DNA of 49,216 nucleotides. It comes from an uncultured Acutalibacter sp. (GTDB lineage: Bacteria > Bacillota > Clostridia > Oscillospirales > Acutalibacteraceae). The translations under genes were made by a program, and so were the position numbers. This document shows positions 18,248-28,107 of the stretch, piece after piece. Within the stretch, counting starts at the first letter, position 1, and each line of letters begins with the position of its first letter. The notes below the pieces were generated by a model, which worked only from the letters and a program-made list of their open reading frames with translations, had not been told where the DNA came from and ran no database searches. Where the stretch lies: contig CAYSQF010000002.1 in NCBI GenBank assembly GCA_964433105.1, forward strand, positions 1-49,216, read 5' to 3'.

Positions 18248-19573
18248 ATGTTTTCCAATAAGCAGCTAAAAAAACTGATTCTGCCCCTGATCGTGGAGCA
18301 GATTCTTGCCATGACCGTTGGCATGGCCGACACCATGATGATCTCCCAGGCGGGAGAAGCCGCTGTTTCCGGCGTGGCCCTGGTAGACATGGTGAATTAT
18401 TTGGTGATCACCCTGCTGTCTGCTTTGGCTACCGGCGGCGCTGTGATCGTGGCCCAATACCTGGGGAATAAGGACAGGCAAAAAGCCAACCAGGCGGCTG
18501 GCCAGGTCACCATGGTGTCGGCCCTGTTTTCTACCGGGCTGATGGCCCTGTGCCTCATTTTCTGCCGGCCTCTGCTGGGGCTGCTGTTTGGCTCAGTGGA
18601 ACCGCTTGTCATGGATGCCGCTGTGACATATTTCTGGATCTCCGCTCTGTCTTTTCCTTTTTTAGGGTTATATAATTCCGCCGCGGCACTGTTCCGTTCT
18701 ATGGAAAAGACGAAGATTACCATGTATGTGTCCCTGCTGATGAATGTCATCAACGTGGCGGGGAACGCGATCGGAATTTTTGTGTTCCGGGCAGGAGTAG
18801 CCGGAGTAGCCGTGCCAACCCTCATTTCCCGCGCTGTTGCCGCTATCATCATGCTGTGGATTTCCCGCAATCGTACCAACACAGTGTGGATTGAAAAACG
18901 GCAGATATTTGCTTGGGACAGCGGTATGATCAAACGGATTTTGAGAATCGCCGTGCCCAACAGCCTGGAAAACGGCCTATTCGCCTTGGGAAAGGTGCTG
19001 GTGACCAGTATTGTGGCGCAGTTTGGCACGGCGCAGATTGCCGCCAACGGTGTGGCAAATTCCATCGACATGATCGCCATTGTGGTCGTGAACGCCATCA
19101 ATTTAGCTATTGTCACAGTGGTGGGTCAGTGTGTGGGGGCAAACGATTATGACCAGGCAAGTTTCTACACCAAAAAGCTGATGAAAATCTCCTATCTTGC
19201 CACCGGTGTTTTGAATGTTGCTGTAGCCGCCGTTTTGCCCTTTCTCTTAAATCTCTATTCCCTGTCAGAGGAAGCGAGACGTTTTAGCCTAATCTTAGTT
19301 CTGATGCACAACTTGCTGGCGTTTGCGTTGCATCCCACATCCTTTGTGTTGGCAAACGGGCTTCGGGCGGCGGGAGACGCCAAATACACTATGTATGTGG
19401 GCATTGGCTCCATGCTGGTGTTTCGATTGGGTTCAGCGTGGATGTTCGGCATCGCACTGCAAATGGGGATCATCGGTGTGTGGATCGCTATGGGCACCGA
19501 CTGGCTGTGCCGTTCCGTTTTCTTTCTCCTGCGCTTTAAAAGCGGGAAATGGAAAGAACATAGGGCAATTTAA
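18248..19573 (+). CDS. MATE family efflux transporter
   Basis: LILPLIVEQILAMTVGMADTMM, AQYLG, GQCVGA and LRAAGD motifs; ~12 TM; AGGAGG RBS. Confidence 0.93.
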   Translation: MFSNKQLKKLILPLIVEQILAMTVGMADTMMISQAGEAAVSGVALVDMVNYLVITLLSALATGGAVIVAQYLGNKDRQKANQAAGQVTMVSALFSTGLMALCLIFCRPLLGLLFGSVEPLVMDAAVTYFWISALSFPFLGLYNSAAALFRSMEKTKITMYVSLLMNVINVAGNAIGIFVFRAGVAGVAVPTLISRAVAAIIMLWISRNRTNTVWIEKRQIFAWDSGMIKRILRIAVPNSLENGLFALGKVLVTSIVAQFGTAQIAANGVANSIDMIAIVVVNAINLAIVTVVGQCVGANDYDQASFYTKKLMKISYLATGVLNVAVAAVLPFLLNLYSLSEEARRFSLILVLMHNLLAFALHPTSFVLANGLRAAGDAKYTMYVGIGSMLVFRLGSAWMFGIALQMGIIGVWIAMGTDWLCRSVFFLLRFKSGKWKEHRAI

Positions 19574-19635
19574 GTAATTGATAGGGAAAATTATCTGCCA
19601 CGGGCCGGAAAGCGGTATCAATTTTTGCGATATAG

Positions 19636-19839
19636 GCGATCACCACATAGTTTTACCTTCGCACCCAAAAAGAAATTGGCACCGGGGTGAACGGTCAGGA
19701 CTATATCCAGCGCTGCATTAACCGGTACCTGAAAAAATCTGGAGAGTTAGATTTCGTTGACTCGTATATTTGCCACATGGGGGACTATCACACGCCCTTA
19801 GAAGAAATCACAGATGGCCTTAATCGGATGGTAAAGGCT
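19636..19839 (+). pseudogene. Aldo/keto reductase internal fragment (degraded)
   Basis: Reads AITT*FYLRTQKEIGTGVNGQDYIQRCINRYLKKSGELDFVDSYICHMGDYHTPLEEITDGLNRMVKA. This matches the AKR IATK...LG.DYVDLY..H..D..TP.EE...L..LVKAG core, with TAG (19648-19650) at the catalytic Lys position; both ends are missing. Confidence 0.72.
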
Positions 19840-19887
19840 ACCAGCCGACGGACTTTTGCGGTTACGCACCGCACAGATTAACTGCAC

Positions 19888-19930
19888 AAAAAAAGCGGAA
19901 AAGCCATTTTTAAGGCTTTCCCGCTTTTCT
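19888..19930. terminator. Bidirectional intrinsic terminator
   Basis: AAAAAAAGCGGAAAAGCC-loop-GGCTTTCCCGCTTTT between convergent units. Confidence 0.75.
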
Positions 19931-19959
19931 AACGTTATCTGTGGCTATTCTTGTGTGTC

Positions 19960-20421
19960 TTAACCATTTTTGCTGTTGATGATTTTTGACAGCTCTTCCA
20001 TAAAGCTGTCGATATCCTTAAACTGCCGGTACACTGAGGCAAACCGAACATAGGCCACCTCATCCACGCTTTTCAGCTTTTCCATGGCATAAGTGCCAAT
20101 GCGCTGCGAGGACACCTCCCGATCCAGAGAATTTTGCAGCAGGGTTTCGATCTCGTCCACTATACGCTCCAGGGTATCCATGGAAACGGGCCGATTGGCA
20201 CAGGCCCGCAGAAGGCCGTTTAACAGCTTGCTGCGGTCGAAGGTTTCTCGGGACTTATCTTTCTTGATCACCACAATGGGTACGTTTTCAATGACCTCAT
20301 AAGTGGTAAAGCGCTTGGCACATTTCAAACATTCCCGGCGGCGGCGAATGCGCTCCCCTTCATCCGTGGGGCGGGAATCGATCACGCGGCTTTCCGTGTA
20401 GCCGCAAAATGGACATTTCAC
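19960..20421 (-). CDS. nrdR: Transcriptional repressor NrdR
   Basis: KCPFCG, DSRP, IRRRREC..C..RFTTYE, ATP-cone and [13 protein letters not shown]; GTG 20421 after GGAGG. Confidence 0.97.
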   Translation of the reverse strand: MKCPFCGYTESRVIDSRPTDEGERIRRRRECLKCAKRFTTYEVIENVPIVVIKKDKSRETFDRSKLLNGLLRACANRPVSMDTLERIVDEIETLLQNSLDREVSSQRIGTYAMEKLKSVDEVAYVRFASVYRQFKDIDSFMEELSKIINSKNG

Positions 20422-20615
20422 GAATCGGCACCTCCAAAACAATTTTCCTGATTATTATAATAAATTATAAACAAAATTTAGGAAAAAAGCAAGAAAATCC
20501 GTGAAAAAACTCGCCACTCCTATTTTCCCCTGAAAGTGTCCGTTTCGAAAAGGTACTGGCTATATTTTACCTTGCCATTCGCGGAGGAGAATATATGTCT
20601 TCTTATTTTGGCGGC

Positions 20616-23027
20616 TTATTTTACCACCAGATTTACCAGCTTACCGGGGACAAAAATCTCCTTTATCAGGGTTTTGTTCTGGATTTCTCCGGCGATTTTT
20701 GGCTCCGCCTTCGCGGCGGCCAAAGCGTCCTCTTTCGAGATATCGGCGGTGACGTTCAGCCGAGCGCGGACCTTGCCGCACACCTGCACCACAATTTCCA
20801 CCGTCTCATCCACACACTTGGACTCGTCGTATTCCGGCCAGGTCTGCTGAGCGACCATACCCTCTCCCAGCCCGCAAAGCTCCCACATCTCCTCGGTAAC
20901 ATGGGGGGCAAAGGGATTCAGCAGCAGGGTGAAGATTTTCAGCTCATCCTTGCTGATATTGCCCTTTTCGTTTACAGCGTTCATCAGCGTCATCAGCGCG
21001 GCAATAGCGGTGTTGAATTTCAGGTTTTCCATATCCTCGGAAACCTTTTTGATGGTCTTGTGGAAGATTCCTTCCAACTCAGGGCGGATCCCGTTTTCTC
21101 CGCAGAGGATACTCTGCAGGTTCCAGTAACGATCCACAAACCGACGGCAGCCGCGAATACCCGCCTGGCTCCAGGGCGCGGACTTTTCAAAGTCGCCAAT
21201 GAACATCTCGTAAAGCCGCAGAGTATCCGCTCCGTACTCGTTTACGATGTCGTCCGGGTTCACCACGTTGCCCCGGGATTTCGACATCTTCTCACCGCCG
21301 TTCTCACCCAAGATCATGCCATGGCTAGTACGCTTGGCATAAGGCTCCGGCGTGGGTACATAGCCCTGGTCATACAGAAATTTGTGCCAAAACCTGCTAT
21401 AAAGCAAATGCAGAGTGGTATGCTCCATGCCGCCGTTGTACCAATCTACCGGAGACCAGTATTCCAGCGCTTCCTTGGAAACAAATGCCTGGTCGTTGTG
21501 CGGATCCATGTACCGCAGGTAATACCAACTGGAGCCAGCCCACTGGGGCATGGTATCCGTTTCCCGCTTGGCGGGACCGCCGCAGTGGGGGCAGGTGGTA
21601 TTCACCCAGTCCGTCATGTGGGCAAGGGGGGATTCTCCGTTATCTGTAGGCTCGTAGGATTCCACATCCGGCAGCTCCAAAGGCAGCTCGCTTTCCGGAA
21701 TAGGCTGCCAGCCGCATTTTTCGCAGTACACCATGGGAATCGGCTCGCCCCAATACCGCTGGCGGGAAAACACCCAGTCCCGCAGCTTATAATTCACCTT
21801 GGCATGGCCGACACCGGTCTTTTCCAAATGCTCTGTAATCTTCTTCTTTGCTTCCTCCACCGTAAGGCCGTTCAGAATACCGGAATTCACCATTACGCCA
21901 GTTTCACAGTCTGTAAAGGCTTCTTCCTGTACATTGCCGCCCTTGACCACCTCAATAATGGGAAGATCAAATTTTTTGGCGAATTCCCAGTCGCGAGTGT
22001 CATGGGCGGGCACTGCCATAATGGCACCAGTACCATAGGAAACCAGCACATAGTCGGAAATGAAAATAGGGATTTCCGTGCCCGTCAAAGGATTGACAGC
22101 AGAAATGCCGCAAAGCTTTACACCGGTCTTTTCCTTGGCCATTTCCGTCCGTTCAAAATCGGATTTTCGAGCAGCTTGAGCTTGGTATTCCCGCACCGCG
22201 TCTATATTTGTCAGTTTGTCCGCCCACTTTTCCACATAGGGATGCTCCGGGGAGATGACCATATAAGTAGCGCCGTACAGGGTGTCGGGCCGGGTGGTGT
22301 AAACGGTCAGCTTGTCTCCCGCCGTGGTGTCAAAATCCACCTCCGCGCCGGTGGAGCGGCCGATCCAGTTTTTCTGCTGGGCCTTCACCCGTTCGGGATA
22401 ATCCACCAAATCCAGATCATCAATCAGCCGCTGGGCATAGGCGGTGATTTTCAGCATCCACTGGCTCTTTACCTTGTGGACCACCTCCGAGCCGCAACGC
22501 TCGCACACGCCGTTAACCACTTCCTCGTTGGCCAGCACACACTTGCAAGAGGTGCACCAGTTCACGTTCATTTCCTTTTTATAGGCAAGCCCCGCCTTAT
22601 AAAGCTGCAGAAAAATCCACTGGGTCCATTTGTAGTAAGCAGGATCGATGGTGCTGATCTCCCGGCTCCAGTCGAAGGAAATCCCCAACGACTGGATCTG
22701 TCGCTTAAAATGGGCGATATTTTTCTCCGTAAACTCCCGGGGATGGGCGTGGTTCTTAATGGCGTAATTTTCTGCCGGCAGACCGAAAGCGTCCCAGCCA
22801 ATGGGATACAATACATTGTAGCCCTGCAGCCGGCGCTTCCGTGCCACGGTGTCCAGTGCGGTATAGGGCCGGGGATGGCCTACGTGCAGGCCTTGTCCGG
22901 AAGGGTAGGGAAACTCGATCAGGGCATAATATTTGGGCTTTTTGGAATTGTTCTCTGCATGGAAAACGCCCGCTTCCTCCCATTTTTCCTGCCACTTTTT
23001 TTCAATCGACTTGTGCTCGTATTTCAT
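20616..23027 (-). CDS. leuS: Leucine--tRNA ligase
   Basis: FPYPSG..LHVGH, YTTRPDT editing domain, [12 protein letters not shown] and KMSKS; 803 aa. Confidence 0.97.
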   Translation of the reverse strand: MKYEHKSIEKKWQEKWEEAGVFHAENNSKKPKYYALIEFPYPSGQGLHVGHPRPYTALDTVARKRRLQGYNVLYPIGWDAFGLPAENYAIKNHAHPREFTEKNIAHFKRQIQSLGISFDWSREISTIDPAYYKWTQWIFLQLYKAGLAYKKEMNVNWCTSCKCVLANEEVVNGVCERCGSEVVHKVKSQWMLKITAYAQRLIDDLDLVDYPERVKAQQKNWIGRSTGAEVDFDTTAGDKLTVYTTRPDTLYGATYMVISPEHPYVEKWADKLTNIDAVREYQAQAARKSDFERTEMAKEKTGVKLCGISAVNPLTGTEIPIFISDYVLVSYGTGAIMAVPAHDTRDWEFAKKFDLPIIEVVKGGNVQEEAFTDCETGVMVNSGILNGLTVEEAKKKITEHLEKTGVGHAKVNYKLRDWVFSRQRYWGEPIPMVYCEKCGWQPIPESELPLELPDVESYEPTDNGESPLAHMTDWVNTTCPHCGGPAKRETDTMPQWAGSSWYYLRYMDPHNDQAFVSKEALEYWSPVDWYNGGMEHTTLHLLYSRFWHKFLYDQGYVPTPEPYAKRTSHGMILGENGGEKMSKSRGNVVNPDDIVNEYGADTLRLYEMFIGDFEKSAPWSQAGIRGCRRFVDRYWNLQSILCGENGIRPELEGIFHKTIKKVSEDMENLKFNTAIAALMTLMNAVNEKGNISKDELKIFTLLLNPFAPHVTEEMWELCGLGEGMVAQQTWPEYDESKCVDETVEIVVQVCGKVRARLNVTADISKEDALAAAKAEPKIAGEIQNKTLIKEIFVPGKLVNLVVK

Positions 23028-23070
23028 ATTTTCAGTCCTTTCTCATCAAATTCCCTTTTGCAAAGCAAGC

Positions 23071-23412
23071 TCAGACGCTGATTTTCTCCCCATCGATCCA
23101 CAGTCGGTCTAAATCGTAAAAATCCCTGGCGTCCTGGGTAAACACATGGACCACCACGCTGCCGTAATCCAGCAGCACCCAGGTATTGGAGCGGTAACCC
23201 TCGATCCGTTGGGGGACGATCCCCTCGGTTTTCAGCTGTTCTTCCAGCTCGTCCGAAAGGGAGCGCACATGGGTACCGCTGGTACCGTTGGCAATGACGA
23301 AATAATCCGCCAGGCTGGAAATGTCCCCAATTTTTATCACATTGATCCGCAGGGCCTTCTTGTTATCCAGGATCTCTGCGGCCTTCTTTGCCAATTCTAA
23401 GGAATCCATCAA
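23071..23412 (-). CDS. rsfS: Ribosome silencing factor
   Basis: ADYFVIANGTS..HVRSL and WVLLDYGSVVVHVF...RDFYDLDRLW. Confidence 0.95.
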   Translation of the reverse strand: MMDSLELAKKAAEILDNKKALRINVIKIGDISSLADYFVIANGTSGTHVRSLSDELEEQLKTEGIVPQRIEGYRSNTWVLLDYGSVVVHVFTQDARDFYDLDRLWIDGEKISV

Positions 23413-24047
23413 TTTTCTCCTTTACTGATTTCAATCTCCGGGAAACCGAACCTTCCGGGCTGGAAAGCGTACTCCCCTTCCGCCTTTAATTGCTCCAGCG
23501 CATCGTTATAGGCGTAGACGCTATCCGGGTCTATGGGCCTTCCCTGGCTGGAAAGATCGTTCAAGGTCCAAGCGACGCCCTTTACAATGGCCTCCTCCAG
23601 ACTTCTATAAGCCGCCTCCCGCATGTTTTCCACACCGGGATACTCCCGGTCGGCGGAAATGAAGTCCGCCACGAACAGCACCTTGTCCAAGGTGGTCATA
23701 TTCCCTTTGCCCCAGCAGTGGCACTCCACCGCGCTGAGAATTTCCGGGTCGTCCACGCCCAGCACCCCGTAGAGATACGCCGCGCCCGCCGCCGCGTGCC
23801 ACGGCTTTGGCACAGGGCTCTCGTGCTTAGAGAGCATTATACCAAACTTCTCCACGATTTTCAACTGTTCGTCCGCCGGTGCTTCCTTCATGATGTCGTG
23901 AAGGATCCCGGCAAGCCGCGCTTTCTCCACATCCGCGCCGTAGCGCCGGGCAAGCTTTGCCGCCTCGGCAGCCACGCACTGGCTATGAAAAAAGCGCTTT
24001 TCCGTTTGGTGCTTTTTTACTTCCGCTTCGTATTCCCCATAGGTCAT
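23409..24047 (-). CDS. yqeK: HD-domain Ap4A hydrolase YqeK
   Basis: RFFHS, AGILHD and DKVLFVADFI motifs; conserved position between nadD and rsfS; ATG 24047 overlaps the nadD stop. Confidence 0.88.
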   Translation of the reverse strand: MTYGEYEAEVKKHQTEKRFFHSQCVAAEAAKLARRYGADVEKARLAGILHDIMKEAPADEQLKIVEKFGIMLSKHESPVPKPWHAAAGAAYLYGVLGVDDPEILSAVECHCWGKGNMTTLDKVLFVADFISADREYPGVENMREAAYRSLEEAIVKGVAWTLNDLSSQGRPIDPDSVYAYNDALEQLKAEGEYAFQPGRFGFPEIEISKGEN

Positions 24048-24667
24048 AGGACATCCTCCTGTTCCAGGTATAGCCCGTGTTCCCTGATATATTTTTCCAC
24101 GCTTTCCGGCACCAGGCCCCGCAGGCTTTCCCCTCTTGCCGCCAGCTCCCGAATCTGGGTAGAAGAAACCGGCAGGTAGCGGATATTTTCGAGAAAGCAC
24201 CTGGCGGCAAATTTTTGTTCCAGCTCCGCTTTCTTTTCCATCATTCGATCCAAGCCGCCCTTACTGCGGGGGGATGCGCACAGCGCTGCCAGGGAAATGA
24301 TCGTTTCCGGGCGGTACCACTTGTCCACGGTCAGGAACATGTCCTCTCCCATCAACAGGTAAAACTCGTCTTTTGGGAACTGGCCACACAGCAGCTCCAG
24401 CGTTTCAGAGGTATAGCTTTTCCCAGCGCGTTCCAACTCAATGGTGGAAAGCTCTACGGAAACGCCTTTCAATTCCTTCGCGGCCAGCGCGCACATGTTC
24501 AGCCTGTCTTTTCCATCCGCCAGAGCGGGCGCGTCCTTGTGAGGGGGCATCCCGGCAGGGATCAGTAAGACCCGCTCCAACCCCAGGCGCCGAGAAAATT
24601 CCCTCAAAATGTGCAGGTGGCCGGAATGGATGGGATTAAACGTCCCGCCGTATACTCCGGTCTTCAT
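24044..24667 (-). CDS. nadD: Nicotinate-nucleotide adenylyltransferase
   Basis: GGTFNPIHSGH, PPHK, SYTSETL, LMGEDM, SSTQIR and YIREHGLY. Confidence 0.95.
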   Translation of the reverse strand: MKTGVYGGTFNPIHSGHLHILREFSRRLGLERVLLIPAGMPPHKDAPALADGKDRLNMCALAAKELKGVSVELSTIELERAGKSYTSETLELLCGQFPKDEFYLLMGEDMFLTVDKWYRPETIISLAALCASPRSKGGLDRMMEKKAELEQKFAARCFLENIRYLPVSSTQIRELAARGESLRGLVPESVEKYIREHGLYLEQEDVL

Positions 24668-24676
24668 AAAAACACC

Positions 24677-25180
24677 TCATCCCCTGGAAGTGACGTCCCG
24701 ATAGATCAGTTCAACGGCATCTTCCACTTTCAGCTCTTGTTTCAAAATCGTTTCTGATATGCAGGCAAGAAAATCCTTTTCGATCCACCACCGCCGCATG
24801 TCATCCTCGCCAAAGTCGTTTCGGTTCAATTTTGTGCTGTGTCTGCGCAGTGTTTCCTCAAAGGGGAGGTCATAATAGTAGGCGAAAATATTTTGCCCGT
24901 ATTCCTTTACCGCAGCTTCAAACAAAAGGCGATAATCTTCCGCCGGAAGTATCCCTTCCAGTATGGTAATTTCCGAGTGGAGCTTTCCATATTGCAGCAG
25001 GCGGATCATCAGCGGCTCTGACTTTTCCACTCCTTCCCGGCCGTGGGTGTGCAGAATTTCCATACGGACCATATCATGAGAAATGCGCATGGTATTGGAT
25101 CCGAACCGTTCCTGTAACAGCTTGGCAACCGTTGTTTTGCCACTGCCGGAATTTCCCCGCAATATGATAAGCTTATGCAT
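24677..25180 (-). CDS. Small P-loop kinase-like protein (AAA_33/AAA_18-type)
   Basis: KLIILRGNSGSGKTT Walker A, ILEGIL and DLPFEETLRRH; ATG 25180 after GAAGGG. Confidence 0.85.
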   Translation of the reverse strand: MHKLIILRGNSGSGKTTVAKLLQERFGSNTMRISHDMVRMEILHTHGREGVEKSEPLMIRLLQYGKLHSEITILEGILPAEDYRLLFEAAVKEYGQNIFAYYYDLPFEETLRRHSTKLNRNDFGEDDMRRWWIEKDFLACISETILKQELKVEDAVELIYRDVTSRG

Positions 25181-25205
25181 GATGCCCTTCCTTCTCGTCT
25201 CCGTT

Positions 25206-25511
25206 TTACCGGGGCAAAACGATTTTCGGGTCTTTTTCCTTCCTGCGGTACAGCACAAACCGGGAGCCGATCACCTGGGCTACCTCGCTGCCCGTTTTAG
25301 CTGCCAGCTCTTCAGCCGCTTCCCGGGAGGAAATGGGAGAAGTGTCCGGCAGCACCCGGCCCTTGATCAGTTCCCGTTTCGTGAGGGCTTCGTCCGCCTG
25401 TTTTACGATTTCCGCGCTCATCCCCGATTTTCCCACTGTTAAAATGGTTTCTTCCCTTACCGCCAAGGAGCGCAGATACGCCCGCTGTTTGCTGGTTAAC
25501 ATAATTTTCAC
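25206..25511 (-). CDS. yhbY: CRM-domain RNA-binding protein YhbY
   Basis: LTSKQRAYLRSLA, VGKSG, RELIK and QVIG..FVLYR; start is 25511 or 25502. Confidence 0.92.
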   Translation of the reverse strand: MKIMLTSKQRAYLRSLAVREETILTVGKSGMSAEIVKQADEALTKRELIKGRVLPDTSPISSREAAEELAAKTGSEVAQVIGSRFVLYRRKEKDPKIVLPR

Positions 25512-25524
25512 CCTATCCTCTATT

Positions 25525-26571
25525 TTACAACTTCAATACGCTGACAATCTCTCCGCCGCAAAGCTGGCCGTTCTCCACAAACCCCGCCCTTTCATACAGC
25601 CCCTTTGCCCGCAGGTTTTCCGGCTCGTAAGAAAGCCAACAGTATTCCGCAGGGCCGCAGGGAAAGGTGCGCAAGTAATCCAAGCAGGATTCCAGCGCCT
25701 GTTTTCCCAGGCCCCTGCCCTGATAATGACGATCGATCATGAAGCGCCACAGGCAGTAATTTCCCTGGGCCACGGGAGGCTCGTCCGGGTCATCCAGGCT
25801 ATCATACCCAAACATGACAAAACCCACTGGAATATCATTCTCATAAATGCCGAAAGGCAGGGCTGTTTTCCCTTGGGAAAGCGCCACGTAGGCTTCTGCC
25901 AGGCTCAGCATATTCGGCGCAACAAAGCTTTTCTGATACTCTTCTACCGACAGGGTGGTAATCGCATCGATATTGCCGAAATCCACCTTACGAAATTCCA
26001 CGGTCTTTCCTTTCAGATATTCCTGAAGCTTTTTCTCAAATTCCGCAAAGGCAAACCCACGATGGCTGCGCGCGTCTTTTTCCTCGTTAGAAAGCTCGCC
26101 GAAGGTCACACCGTCCTGCTCAAAAATTGAATCGTATCCAAAACCATTTTCCCCGCGGGATTCAAAGGCGATGGTGCCAAAGCATTTCCCTTCGGCTTCA
26201 ATTTTATCCCCATTTGGAAACACACAGCACACCGCACTGACAAAGTGGGCACCCCGCTGCTCCTTTGGCACCCCCTGCAGCTTTTCCAGCACCGTCAGCC
26301 GCCGTTTCCCCGGCTGCGCAAACCGGGCAGAATAAATACCCGGCGCACCGTCCAGATAATCTACGCACAGGCCGGAATCATCCGCCACAGCGGGCAGGCC
26401 GGTTTCCTCGCAGGCGGCTTTTGCCTTGATGTAGGCGTTTTCCCCGAAGGTGGTCCCGGTTTCCTCCGGCTCGGAAAGATTTGCCGTGACCACTTCAACA
26501 CCCATAGGCTCCAAAATGCGTTTAAATTCCACAATCTTCCCCTTGTTGTGGGTAGCGATAACAAGCTTCAA
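25525..26571 (-). CDS. rdgB: RdgB/HAM1 non-canonical purine NTP pyrophosphatase fused to a BltD-like GNAT acetyltransferase
   Basis: N-terminal ATHNKGK, EETGTTFGENA, ADDSGL, PGIYSAR, GFGYD and SHRG. C-terminal FVAPNMLSLAEAY, RFMIDRHYQGRGLG and N..A..LYERAGF (GNAT). Single frame; TTG 26571. Confidence 0.88.
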   Translation of the reverse strand: MKLVIATHNKGKIVEFKRILEPMGVEVVTANLSEPEETGTTFGENAYIKAKAACEETGLPAVADDSGLCVDYLDGAPGIYSARFAQPGKRRLTVLEKLQGVPKEQRGAHFVSAVCCVFPNGDKIEAEGKCFGTIAFESRGENGFGYDSIFEQDGVTFGELSNEEKDARSHRGFAFAEFEKKLQEYLKGKTVEFRKVDFGNIDAITTLSVEEYQKSFVAPNMLSLAEAYVALSQGKTALPFGIYENDIPVGFVMFGYDSLDDPDEPPVAQGNYCLWRFMIDRHYQGRGLGKQALESCLDYLRTFPCGPAEYCWLSYEPENLRAKGLYERAGFVENGQLCGGEIVSVLKL

Positions 26572-26593
26572 TAAAGATTCTCCCTTCTCCCAA

Positions 26594-27841
26594 TCAATTA
26601 GCCGTCCGACTCTCCACAGTGACCAACAGGTTTCTGACAAGGCGCTGGTCGTCCTGTTCCAAATCCGGATCGTCCCTCCAGCACAGCAGTTGGGGAACGG
26701 CATCCTTCACGCTTTCGTCCCGGTCCAGCCGCCCCATCAGGTCCCGGACAAAATCTTCAAAGCGTTTCCGCTTTTCCTCCGGAGTTTCTGTCGGAACCGG
26801 CAATTCTTCCTTTCCCTTTTCACTGTCCGTATTTTCGTCCTCTAAATCGACTTTAGATAAAGTTTCCAAATGTTTTCCTTCAGTGTCCGATATTTCGTTC
26901 CGTTCTGCTTCCGACTGCGCTATTGAGGATTCCTCCGCATCAAACAATGCGTCCGCAAAGGCAGTGGCGTCAAAAGGCTGCAGATCATCCAGCTGCTCTC
27001 CCACACCGATGTATTTCACAGACAGCCCCAGTTCCCGCTTGATCGGCAGCACTACGCCGCCCTTTGGGGTACCGTCCAGCTTTGTCAGCACAATACCAGT
27101 AATGCCCGCCGCGCTCTGGAATTCCCTGGCCTGGTTCACCGCATTCTGCCCCGTGGCGGCATCCAGCACCAGCAGGGTTTCCCGGTCGCAGTCCGGCAGT
27201 TCCCGGTCGATAATCCGCGAAATCTTGGACAGCTCGTCCATCAAATTTTTTTTATTGTGGAGCCTTCCGGCAGTGTCGCAGATCACCACATCACACCCCC
27301 GGGCCTTTGCCGCGGCGATGGTGTCAAACACCACGGCGGCTGGATCAGCCCCTTCCCCGTGTTTGATCAGCGGGACGTCCGCCCGCTGCGCCCAAACCTC
27401 CAGCTGCTCGATGGCCGCGGCGCGGAAGGTGTCCGCCGCCCCTAAAATCACGGATTTCCCCTGGGCTTTCAACAGGGAGGCCAGCTTGCCTATGGTGGTG
27501 GTTTTCCCAACGCCGTTGACGCCGATCATTAAAATAACCGAAGGAGTGGTGGAAATGTGCAGGGTGTCGTCGCCCTCCAACAGGTCCACCACAATAGATT
27601 TCAGTTCATCCATGATCAGGGACGGGTCGGTGATTCCCTTTTCCCTGATCCGCTGGCGAAGCTGGTCGGTAATATAGGAAGAGGTGTCCATCCCCACATC
27701 TCCCATCACCAACAGCTCTTCCAGATCCTCGAACAATTCCTCATCGATCTTCGTAAAGGAATTCACCATTTGAGAGATCTGGGCGCTCACGCTGTCCCTG
27801 GTCTTTTTCAGACCGTCCCGAATCTTTTCAAAAAATCCCAT
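26594..27841 (-). CDS. ftsY: Signal recognition particle receptor FtsY (NG domain) with ~110-aa C-terminal extension
   Basis: GVNGVGKTT, DTFRAAA, DTAGR, TKLD and GVGEQLDDL; adjacent to smc. Confidence 0.95.
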   Translation of the reverse strand: MGFFEKIRDGLKKTRDSVSAQISQMVNSFTKIDEELFEDLEELLVMGDVGMDTSSYITDQLRQRIREKGITDPSLIMDELKSIVVDLLEGDDTLHISTTPSVILMIGVNGVGKTTTIGKLASLLKAQGKSVILGAADTFRAAAIEQLEVWAQRADVPLIKHGEGADPAAVVFDTIAAAKARGCDVVICDTAGRLHNKKNLMDELSKISRIIDRELPDCDRETLLVLDAATGQNAVNQAREFQSAAGITGIVLTKLDGTPKGGVVLPIKRELGLSVKYIGVGEQLDDLQPFDATAFADALFDAEESSIAQSEAERNEISDTEGKHLETLSKVDLEDENTDSEKGKEELPVPTETPEEKRKRFEDFVRDLMGRLDRDESVKDAVPQLLCWRDDPDLEQDDQRLVRNLLVTVESRTAN

Positions 27842-28107
27842 AGCTTTCGTCCTTTCCTGTCAGCCCTGTTTTCCGGCCAAGTCTTCCCAAAAGAAAAGCC
27901 CCTCCGCAAGATTTACAAACATGCCTTCCTCTTTCAAAGCATGGGCCTTGCCGTTCCACAATATGGTCACCAGCACGACGACCACAATGGTAATAAGGCA
28001 CATAAGACCTCTCTGCCCCCATTTTTTACGATTTTTTGTCCATTTTGGCTCATCCCCTCTATGTACTAAACTGTCCCTACATGATGTCAAAGCCAACTGC
28101 CAGCAAT

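Noticed and set aside
23028-23070. Expected T-box upstream of leuS
   Set aside because: Only 43 nt separate rsfS and leuS and there is no GGTGGNACC motif; leuS appears simply co-transcribed.
20595-23081. 828-aa plus-strand ORF and the many other long antisense ORFs (e.g. 17..793, 26619..27677, 44004..44861)
   Set aside because: They are shadows of well-supported opposite-strand genes in GC-rich coding DNA, with no motifs or RBS.
23409-24047. YqeK deviations (CHCWG for HTTG; short C-terminal tail)
   Set aside because: The putative metal-binding His/Asp residues are retained; this is within ordinary family variation.
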